Virus record (IMG/VR): IMGVR_UViG_3300034004_000005
Direction: 5' to 3' (one strand)
Origin: a virus
DNA length: 64,000 nucleotides
This document shows positions 9,100 to 14,814 of this stretch, in pieces. How positions within the stretch are numbered: the stretch's first letter is position 1; every line of letters starts with the position of its first letter. Below the pieces are notes generated by a model. That model made no database searches and was not told where the DNA came from. It saw only the letters and a list, made by a program, of their open reading frames with translations. Made by a program: the position numbers and the translations under genes.

Positions 9100-9161
9100 G
9101 GTGATCGGGGCTTATTGGTTGGTCGCCACAAGGCCCCGTTCGCGGGGTCGCCCCGATCACC
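9100..9161 (-). promoter_or_regulatory. Nested inverted-repeat element between two late genes
   Basis: Perfect 12-bp inverted repeat GGTGATCGGGGC (9100-9111) / GCCCCGATCACC (9150-9161). It encloses a second hairpin GGCCCCG-TTCG-CGGGGTC (9132-9149). It occupies the 155-nt gap in an otherwise tightly packed operon. Confidence 0.5.
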
Positions 9162-9172
9162 TTACTTTCTGC

Positions 9173-9496
9173 TCAGGTTTGGCAGGACTTCCGTCCAGTA
9201 TCATTGCCCTGTTCAGTCACCTCGAAGCAGTCGCCCTTCGGCATGTTGACTGTATCTCCAACATGAACATCATGAGTCATCGGTTCGTTTTCGAACCTGG
9301 GTTCACCTGAAATTTCTTGAGCATAAGCGGCTGCTTCAGCTCTCGTGGATCTCGATGTAATCGGGGACGGACCCCTGCTTTCTATTGGTGGAAAGCGATC
9401 ATAAGAAGCAGTAACTGGCGGCGAAGGGCGAGTTGCTCCAATATCGCTCATGCTTTGACGAGCGGCATCGAAGTCTGATCCCAGGTTCTTTCTCAT
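9173..9496 (-). CDS. Hypothetical protein (107 aa)
   Basis: Start reassigned to ATG 9496, which overlaps the TGA of the upstream gene (ATGA, 9493-9496). The N-terminal half is Pro/Ser-rich. No similarity recognised. Confidence 0.5.
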   Translation of the reverse strand: MRKNLGSDFDAARQSMSDIGATRPSPPVTASYDRFPPIESRGPSPITSRSTRAEAAAYAQEISGEPRFENEPMTHDVHVGDTVNMPKGDCFEVTEQGNDTGRKSCQT

Positions 9497-9987
9497 GTCA
9501 CGATGTTCCAATCTTCGGCGAGGACATCCGTCTGCGAAGCAAGCCAAGGAACAACAGTCCCGTCGACCGTCTTCATCGCAATGTAAGGGCCGTAAGGGAT
9601 CATGGCGTCAGGCCCGGCCCAGGCATGAGCTGCTCCACGTTGAGCAGGATAGCTTGCAGCGGGAACCAGGTAGATAAACATCCCCTTCCCATTCCAGCCT
9701 GAGCGGGCGACCCGATGCTCAAGACGCATGGCCTCGATAGCCAGACCGAAGGTCAGGCCATTGATCTTCCGATAAGCGTTATTGAAGACGTCCATCGGTG
9801 ACCAGCTGATGTAACCCGAATGCCCAGGGACGTTGGGTTTACCTCCGTCCAAGTATTCGACCAGCATTCCCTCGTCTTCACCGTTCTCATCGGCGGGAAG
9901 ATCCCAACCTCTGAAGGTGACATACTGCTGTCGAGTCATCGGCTGAGCAGCAAGTAGCTTTGATCCAAGATACGTATCCAAGTTCAA
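9493..9987 (-). CDS. Two-domain protein with C-terminal DUF2829 (Tad2-like) domain
   Basis: 164 aa. The C-terminal half, LTFGLAIEAMRLEHRVARSGWNGKGMFIYL...PYIAMKTVDGTVVPWLASQTDVLAEDWNIV, fits the DUF2829 signature (GWNGKG ... W.ASQ.D.LA.DW). The N-terminal half (PMTRQQYVTFRGWDLPADE...GYISWSP) is a second recurrent phage module. The TTG start overlaps the upstream stop (TTGA). Confidence 0.75.
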   Translation of the reverse strand: MNLDTYLGSKLLAAQPMTRQQYVTFRGWDLPADENGEDEGMLVEYLDGGKPNVPGHSGYISWSPMDVFNNAYRKINGLTFGLAIEAMRLEHRVARSGWNGKGMFIYLVPAASYPAQRGAAHAWAGPDAMIPYGPYIAMKTVDGTVVPWLASQTDVLAEDWNIVT

Positions 9988-10157
9988 CCCTCCTGTGTCT
10001 TATCGAAAGCAGCAAGCCAAAGCATTGCTTCGTCGATCTTGGTTTTCACGAGTGCGAGTTCACGACCACCGTCTCCACGACCAATAGCCTGCTGCATTCG
10101 TTGTATGCTATCGTCAGCCTGATTGAGCTCAAGCTCCAGCTGTTCTCGTATTGCCAT
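9984..10157 (-). CDS. Small hypothetical protein (57 aa), below ORF-track cutoff
   Basis: ATG 10157 with GGAG ~10 nt upstream. Sequence: MAIREQLELELNQADDSIQRMQQAIGRGDGGRELALVKTKIDEAMLWLAAFDKTQEG. Its stop overlaps the next start. It fills an otherwise empty 175-nt gap in a compact operon. Confidence 0.45.
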   Translation of the reverse strand: MAIREQLELELNQADDSIQRMQQAIGRGDGGRELALVKTKIDEAMLWLAAFDKTQEG

Positions 10158-10162
10158 AGTGT

Positions 10163-10927
10163 TTACGCTCCATCATCTTCGTTGTTGAGGGACTGCGGGG
10201 TGATCGTTGGGCAGACGATCTCATCTGGGTGCTGAGCACCAAGCTCGTTCCGTTCAATCAGATGGATGTCTGGTTCTTCGACTTCATGATTGAAGCCCTG
10301 ATACTCAGGTTCCTCGATCTCATTGAAGGCGGGGGCCACGGGGACCAGCGACTCTTCGACTGCACCAGTGATGGCGGCCTGGCTGATCTCGCTGTGATCC
10401 TGGATGAAGTGGCTGAAGATCCGGTCGACATCCGTGGGCCGAAGGGCCTCCGGGTTGCCCAGACCGTGAGCGGTCATTCGGGTCAGGGCTTCGCCCAGCC
10501 TGTCGTCGACAGCCCGGAGTTCAGACAGGTTATGAAGTTTGGAGCGGAGCTCGAAGCCGAGCAGGGCCCAGCACTGGCGGATCGCATCACCCCGAGCGAC
10601 ACGGCGGCCAATGTCTTCCTGGTAATTCTCCGGCGAGGCACAGGCAGACTGGCCGATCACGGTGAAGCCGTTCTCCAGGACGAGCACACAGATCGTCAGG
10701 AGCCGGAGGGAAGGGTGGAGCCCAACCAGTCGACGAGTAACCTGCTCTGCATCGGTATGCTCCTCGGCGGCGACTACCTCATCGAGCAGCGAAGCCCGGG
10801 CACCCTGGTGTGCTGTGAAGTAAACTTCAGACACAATCTTAGCTTCGAGGCTTTCGAGAGTGACCCTCGGGGCGAGGGCCCTTTCGTTGAGCTCCTGCTC
10901 GCTCACATATTTCTCCGTGCTGGTCAT
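10163..10927 (-). CDS. N4 Gp49 / Sf6 gene 66 family protein with acidic C-terminal tail
   Basis: 254 aa. The segment LTICVLVLENGFTVIGQSACASPENYQEDIGRRVARGDAIRQCWALLGFELR fits the family signature as I remember it (G.SAC..PEN...EIGR..A...A....W.L.G..L). Confidence 0.6.
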   Translation of the reverse strand: MTSTEKYVSEQELNERALAPRVTLESLEAKIVSEVYFTAHQGARASLLDEVVAAEEHTDAEQVTRRLVGLHPSLRLLTICVLVLENGFTVIGQSACASPENYQEDIGRRVARGDAIRQCWALLGFELRSKLHNLSELRAVDDRLGEALTRMTAHGLGNPEALRPTDVDRIFSHFIQDHSEISQAAITGAVEESLVPVAPAFNEIEEPEYQGFNHEVEEPDIHLIERNELGAQHPDEIVCPTITPQSLNNEDDGA

Positions 10928-11175
10928 CCTACCGGTACCTCCTGAGATTCGTTCTCAAGAAAGCGATTGATCTCCCAATGTAGATCGACGCCATATCCGA
11001 CATTACCTTGGGGGATCATGCGGGTCAGGGTCAGCATAGCATCGTAAGCATCAGCCTTCGGAACTAGGATGCTGACGTGCCGACGGAGAGTTTCGATCTC
11101 CTGTTGAGCGGCTCGGAGCAGACGCTCTGCCTCCCGTTCACGTTCGAGCCTGTTCTCATCTTTTTCTGGTTTCAC
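10924..11175 (-). CDS. Small coiled-coil protein (83 aa)
   Basis: Glu/Arg-rich sequence from GTG 11175 (AAGGAA SD ~9 nt upstream). The track start TTG 11250 has no SD. ATGA overlap with the downstream gene at 10924-10927. Confidence 0.45.
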   Translation of the reverse strand: MKPEKDENRLEREREAERLLRAAQQEIETLRRHVSILVPKADAYDAMLTLTRMIPQGNVGYGVDLHWEINRFLENESQEVPVG

Positions 11176-11270
11176 GGTTGAGCATTCCTTTTCAGGCTGG
11201 GTTGCCGGGTTACCCCATAGTCTGTATATCGCCCCCTCACAACCTGCCAACGACAGCCAGGGGGGCTGCC

Positions 11271-11300
11271 TCTTTTCCTTCTAAAAATAGAAGGAAAGGA
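11271..11300. promoter_or_regulatory. Strong AT-rich hairpin at the edge of the non-coding hub
   Basis: Perfect 9-bp stem TTCCTTCTA / TAGAAGGAA with an AAAA loop (11275-11296). It can be extended to 13 bp with one G-T pair. Confidence 0.4.
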
Positions 11301-11683
11301 AACGGACGAGCTATGCCTGAAACCGCGCTTCGCTTGGTTACAGGGGGGTATCTCGGGGGAAACTCTCTTAAAGATTATAGGTCTTGAACTCAGTCAGAGT
11401 TCTGGCATAATTTGAATTGTCCGGTGTGACTGGGCATGTGCGTGCGTCCGATGGTGTCTTGAAGCACTTCGAACCCCAGTGAGTAGTGGGGACAATAACT
11501 CTCACAGTGGTGGGGATCGATCTCCTTGCTGGTTGGACTCCGGTTCACCTGGTTACAGATCCTGAAACCATAGGAAGCCTCGGTCTAGTATTGCACTGGA
11601 CCGGGGCTTTCTTTATTAGAGGAGCCAGAGAGAGAACGCTCAGCCTGACGGGGGTCAAGGTAGATGCACTTTTTCGGGGGTAA

Positions 11684-11741
11684 GGGGCTAGATCAAGTGT
11701 GACGAAGCGATGCGAGGCGCTTCAGTCCTGGGTCTAGCCCC
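11684..11741. promoter_or_regulatory. Nested inverted repeat in the non-coding hub
   Basis: GGGGCTAGA (11684-11692) / TCTAGCCCC (11733-11741) enclose the hairpin GAAGCG-N8-CGCTTC (11704-11723). The architecture matches 9100-9161. Confidence 0.4.
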
Positions 11742-11959
11742 GATACTCTAATCAACTTTCAGCCAAGTATCGCAGCGGTAGCAGAACCGCTTGCCATTCC
11801 TTCCAGTCCAGCTGGTCAGATCATGTCCCTTGGTCGGACAGAGAGCCCAGGCTCGCCAATGTCTGGTTCGATGCTTCAAAACCCGGAACCTATGGGGCAA
11901 ATTTTCTATATATTTTTTCATGCTGCCAGATCTCCTAGTTAAGTCTCAGAGCAGTATCT

Positions 11960-12097
11960 TAACACAGGGGCTACCCCAAAACTCAAGTACCCCCCCGGGT
12001 ACTCAGTGCCTAACACAGGCGGGTGGCCCCCTTGTTACTAGCCAGTCCTACTGGCTCATCATGTTGCTCATCTTCCCTAACACAGCGGCTACGCCGC
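11960..12097 (+). promoter_or_regulatory. Array of three TAACACAG + GC-hairpin units (candidate N4-type hairpin early promoters)
   Basis: YTAACACAG occurs at 11960, 12011 and 12078. The copies are followed by GGGG-CTA-CCCC (11967-11977), GGG-TGG-CCC (12021-12029) and GCGGC-TAC-GCCGC (12085-12097). Extra hairpins are GTACCC-CCCC-GGGTAC (11987-12002) and GCCAGT-CCT-ACTGGC (12041-12055). The array ends 52 nt before the first rightward gene. Confidence 0.45.
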
Positions 12098-12148
12098 GTA
12101 GGGTACGTGGCATCCTGCCATACCCTTCAACCTTAGGGAGCTACACTC

Positions 12149-12505
12149 ATGTCAGCACGCAACAACTCCGCCAAGGGCGCAATCGGATCCATCTTCGGAG
12201 CCGTCAACGCCACTGGCACAGCCGTCACCTCACTCCTCACCACAGCAGCCGACTCCGTTGGTATGCTCAACAAGTACGTCGCCGATGCTTCGGAGAAGCA
12301 GCGTATCACCAGCGACTACGACATCGCCACCTTCGAGGAGAAGCTCCTCGACGACCTCTCCACCGACGAAGCGAAGCGCACTCGTGAGATCCAGACGTTC
12401 TTCGCAGAAGCTCCGGAGAACCGTGCATCGTGGGAAACTGCCCACCAGCGGATCAAAGCAGCTGTAGCTGCTCGTCGTAACCCTGCTCAGGCACCTGCTG
12501 CCTAA
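12149..12505 (+). CDS. Early hypothetical protein (118 aa), first gene of the rightward block
   Basis: GGGAG SD ~8 nt before the ATG. The N-terminus is Ala/Ser/Thr-rich and the centre is acidic. No similarity recognised. Confidence 0.7.
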   Translation: MSARNNSAKGAIGSIFGAVNATGTAVTSLLTTAADSVGMLNKYVADASEKQRITSDYDIATFEEKLLDDLSTDEAKRTREIQTFFAEAPENRASWETAHQRIKAAVAARRNPAQAPAA

Positions 12506-12525
12506 CCTCAACACTCCCTAAACCT

Positions 12526-12553
12526 CAGCGTGTACCCTCATGGGTATGCGCTG
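12526..12553 (+). terminator. Hairpin without U-tract after the first early gene
   Basis: 12-bp stem (two G-T pairs) CAGCGTGTACCC-TCAT-GGGTATGCGCTG, 21 nt after the stop. With no T-run, termination by host RNAP is doubtful; it could act on phage RNAP. Confidence 0.3.
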
Positions 12554-12569
12554 GGGCCAAGGCATGTAC

Positions 12570-12588
12570 GAGATAGTCGAACTATCTC
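12570..12588 (+). promoter_or_regulatory. Perfect 8-bp stem / 3-nt loop hairpin
   Basis: GAGATAGT-CGA-ACTATCTC, intergenic. Confidence 0.35.
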
Positions 12589-12615
12589 CCAACTTTACGT
12601 CTACTCTGTTTCACT

Positions 12616-12632
12616 CTGTCGCTACGCGACGG
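12616..12632 (+). promoter_or_regulatory. TAC-loop hairpin (candidate vRNAP promoter)
   Basis: CTGTCGC-TAC-GCGACGG (7 bp including one G-T pair), 44 nt upstream of ATG 12676. Confidence 0.4.
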
Positions 12633-12675
12633 ATGGTAAGCGCACACTCATGTGCAGCTCAGCAGGAGACTACTC

Positions 12676-12834
12676 ATGCGTCTGATCAACCTGATCCGCT
12701 CGAACTACCGGTTCCTCACCAATGAGGACCTCTTCATGACCAGTGCGAGCTACCAGCTCCCGCTGCGTCAGCAACTTTCCAACTTCACCAGTGCCGTTCG
12801 TAATGCCCTCAAGGGCAACGACGTCGCTTACTAG
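12676..12834 (+). CDS. Early hypothetical protein (52 aa)
   Basis: Start moved to ATG 12676, which has an AGGAG SD 7 nt upstream. Sequence begins MRLINLIRSNYRFLTNEDL... Confidence 0.5.
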   Translation: MRLINLIRSNYRFLTNEDLFMTSASYQLPLRQQLSNFTSAVRNALKGNDVAY

Positions 12835-12844
12835 GAGAAGCATC

Positions 12845-13009
12845 ATGGACGAAGACCTCATCACGATCCTCTACTACGAGACGAACGACATGGCCCAAAT
12901 GCGTGCCTTCCTCCTCTCTCGTGGTCATACGAACGAACAGGTCGACGACTTCAAGTCGTGCCTGATCACCCTGCAACGCAATGGTTTCGACCTCCGTGGT
13001 CCAGCCTAA
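12845..13009 (+). CDS. Early hypothetical protein (54 aa)
   Basis: ATG 12845 preceded by AGGAGAAG. Sequence begins MDEDLITILYYETNDMAQMRAFLL... Confidence 0.5.
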   Translation: MDEDLITILYYETNDMAQMRAFLLSRGHTNEQVDDFKSCLITLQRNGFDLRGPA

Positions 13010-13021
13010 GGAGAAATCATC

Positions 13022-13243
13022 ATGGCTTCAGAAGTCCTTCTCGATATCATCGTCTCAGACGGCAAGTATCGCATCATACAAACTCGTGAACACGGTACCA
13101 AAGCATATCGCTATAAGGCCGATGCACCAATATCGCACCTCGATCCAGCCAATCCTTGGTTGGATGTCACCTGCACTCCCGGATCAAATATGATCCTCGC
13201 TATGGCTTATGAGCTCAAAGAGCTCAGGGAGAAATTATCATGA
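13022..13243 (+). CDS. Early hypothetical protein (73 aa)
   Basis: AAGGAGAA SD; compact spacing with its neighbours. Confidence 0.6.
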   Translation: MASEVLLDIIVSDGKYRIIQTREHGTKAYRYKADAPISHLDPANPWLDVTCTPGSNMILAMAYELKELREKLS

Positions 13244-13617
13244 TCGAGCACAACTTCGACAATGCTTCCCTGTCTTGCTCCTGTGGAGCAGGACCGGGCG
13301 AAGCTCATCGTCCAATTACTGTATCTCCAAAGCCGGAAGGCTATTGCTGCTACAAATGCGACGGTGATCTACCAGCTTATAACGAGGACATCACTGTCCG
13401 TAGTGCGAGCTGCAACGTCATCCGTGCCGCTGTCTCGATCCCTTACAAGGGCTACGAGATCAGCCTCAGCACAATCCCCAGCAATCCTGAACTGGTCATC
13501 TTCATGGGCAACCATATCGATCACCGGTTCATCACCCGTAATCCCAACATCGACGGCATCGTAGCTGCAATGCAGCACATCGATGCACTCACTCAACCTC
13601 AGAGCCAAGGAGCCTGA
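13240..13617 (+). CDS. Early hypothetical protein, Cys-rich N-terminus (125 aa)
   Basis: ATGA start/stop overlap. The pattern C-x-C...CC-x2-C (SCSCGAG...GYCCYKCDG) suggests a small metal-binding module. Confidence 0.6.
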   Translation: MIEHNFDNASLSCSCGAGPGEAHRPITVSPKPEGYCCYKCDGDLPAYNEDITVRSASCNVIRAAVSIPYKGYEISLSTIPSNPELVIFMGNHIDHRFITRNPNIDGIVAAMQHIDALTQPQSQGA

Positions 13618-13620
13618 ATC

Positions 13621-13698
13621 ATGTACATCAGCCGCAACAACCGCATCCTCACCTACATCGTCGTCTCGATGTTCTCTGCCGCCATCGTCTGCTTCTAG
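13621..13698 (+). CDS. 25-aa hydrophobic micro-protein
   Basis: MYISRNNRILTYIVVSMFSAAIVCF, with an AAGGAG SD 7 nt upstream. Below the track cutoff. Confidence 0.35.
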   Translation: MYISRNNRILTYIVVSMFSAAIVCF

Positions 13699-13709
13699 GA
13701 GACAGCATC

Positions 13710-13940
13710 ATGAAGACTCAGCTCATTGGTCGTGGTCTCGTATTCCTGCTCATCCTCTTGGGTGGGCAGGTTTATGCCGAGATCAAACAACCACCGTTCG
13801 ACTGGTCCAAATGCGACCGGCTCACTTCGAAAAAGGACAAGCTCCTGCCTTACGACTGGAAAGAGCTGACCTCGACGCCTTCAGGCAAGAACTGGTGCGT
13901 CACGCTCAATCGTCCTCGCACCACCACGATGCAAGGATGA
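13710..13940 (+). CDS. Small secreted protein with Sec signal peptide (76 aa)
   Basis: MKTQLIGRGLVFLLILLGGQVYA|EIKQ: a basic n-region, a hydrophobic core and a VYA cleavage-type site. AGGAGA SD. Confidence 0.65.
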   Translation: MKTQLIGRGLVFLLILLGGQVYAEIKQPPFDWSKCDRLTSKKDKLLPYDWKELTSTPSGKNWCVTLNRPRTTTMQG

Positions 13941-14134
13941 TGAGCTTCTACTGCTACATCGTCGCATTGCTGCTCCTAACTGGAGCAGCATTTGCAATCC
14001 TCAACGTCGTCAGCCTCACTCAACAGTTCTTTCGTGAAGGACTGTTCGATGCCAACGACATGCAGATGCTTTCACAAATGCTGATTGCAGCTGCCATCTG
14101 TTTGATCGGGTCCGTCATCGTTCTACCGGCCTGA
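13937..14134 (+). CDS. Small membrane protein, two TM helices (65 aa)
   Basis: The ATG overlaps the previous stop (ATGA). Hydrophobic stretches are FYCYIVALLLLTGAAFAILNVV and MLIAAAICLIGSVIVL. Confidence 0.6.
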   Translation: MMSFYCYIVALLLLTGAAFAILNVVSLTQQFFREGLFDANDMQMLSQMLIAAAICLIGSVIVLPA

Positions 14135-14182
14135 TCAGAAATACGGGAGGTTATTATGCGTTAGACTTGAGGCATACATATC

Positions 14183-14208
14183 GGGGAGACGACTATTACA
14201 GTCTCCCC
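14183..14208 (+). terminator. Hairpin, possible terminator
   Basis: GGGGAGAC-N10-GTCTCCCC (8 bp) followed by the moderately T-rich AGCCTCTTCATTTCT. Confidence 0.4.
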
Positions 14209-14339
14209 AGCCTCTTCATTTCTATGATGGATGGTGTACCGACTTGCTGGCCAGCATGGTACGGCTCTGCCTATTGGCACACGGTTCGAATCCGTTTCAC
14301 CATCCTTCCTAGCAATGAAGCTAGAGCAAGGAGATCCTC

Positions 14340-14468
14340 ATGTACGCCAACACCTATAGCTCTTACTGGACACGCAAACAGAAGAGCATCGACGAACTCC
14401 GTGCCGAGGCCAATGAGAACCTAAAGAACATCGCTGCAAAGCGTGCTCAACGGGTGAACTGCCGCTAA
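14340..14468 (+). CDS. 42-aa basic micro-protein
   Basis: AAGGAGA SD 6 nt before ATG 14340. Sequence: MYANTYSSYWTRKQKSIDELRAEANENLKNIAAKRAQRVNCR. Below the track cutoff. Confidence 0.4.
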   Translation: MYANTYSSYWTRKQKSIDELRAEANENLKNIAAKRAQRVNCR

Positions 14469-14500
14469 GCACATCAACCTTCAACAACCGGAGAAACACC

Positions 14501-14686
14501 ATGCGTTTTCTTAATGCTCATCGCCGCACTGGGCCGAATGGTACAGGTAAAGTCGATCCCAAAGGCAAGTACTTCGCCTACGGATCCATCGCCAGCTTCA
14601 ATCGCTGGACCCACAAACCACACGAGCATAACCGTGAGGTCGCTCGTAATCTCCGTCGGGAATTTCCCGAAGTGATGGAAGCTTGA
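14501..14686 (+). CDS. Early hypothetical basic protein (61 aa)
   Basis: GGAGAA SD; followed by a strong terminator. Confidence 0.55.
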   Translation: MRFLNAHRRTGPNGTGKVDPKGKYFAYGSIASFNRWTHKPHEHNREVARNLRREFPEVMEA

Positions 14687-14693
14687 GAAATAC

Positions 14694-14729
14694 ACGCCCT
14701 GTGCCTTTTGGCATGGGGCGTTTCTCTTT
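14694..14729 (+). terminator. Rho-independent terminator
   Basis: 12-bp stem ACGCCCTGTGCC-TTTT-GGCATGGGGCGT (two G-T pairs) followed by TTCTCTTTC. Confidence 0.7.
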
Positions 14730-14760
14730 CTCCCTGGCTTGCGTGTGCTCCACCGCTGCT

Positions 14761-14775
14761 CGCCGCTACGCGGCG
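14761..14775 (+). promoter_or_regulatory. CGCCGC-TAC-GCGGCG hairpin (candidate vRNAP promoter), copy 1
   Basis: 6-bp stem and 3-nt loop. It lies 32 nt after the terminator and 40 nt before ATG 14815. The 15-mer is identical to the one at 15708-15722. Confidence 0.45.
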
Positions 14776-14814
14776 TATGAGAGCGATCATGCTTCTCGAA
14801 CCAAGGAGAATACC

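Noticed and set aside
9433-9702. + strand ORFs 9433..9702 and 9495..9677 overlapping the DUF2829 gene region
   Set aside because: They are antisense to two translationally coupled - strand genes with recognisable motifs. They have no SD.
11178-12387. ORFs 11178..11387, 11486..11683 and 11791..12387 (198 aa) in the non-coding hub
   Set aside because: None has an SD, and the composition is Arg/Ser/Pro/Leu-rich. The 198-aa ORF runs through the hairpin array and overlaps, out of frame, the well-supported gene at 12149..12505. I treat the region as non-coding.
14231-14304. Calling a bona fide tRNA gene around the GGTTCGAATCC T-arm
   Set aside because: There are mismatches at 49:65 and 7:66, and I could not fold a 5-bp anticodon stem with a 7-nt loop or a 4-bp D-stem. 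No CCA or plausible anticodon could be assigned. It is kept only as a tRNA-like fragment in the findings.
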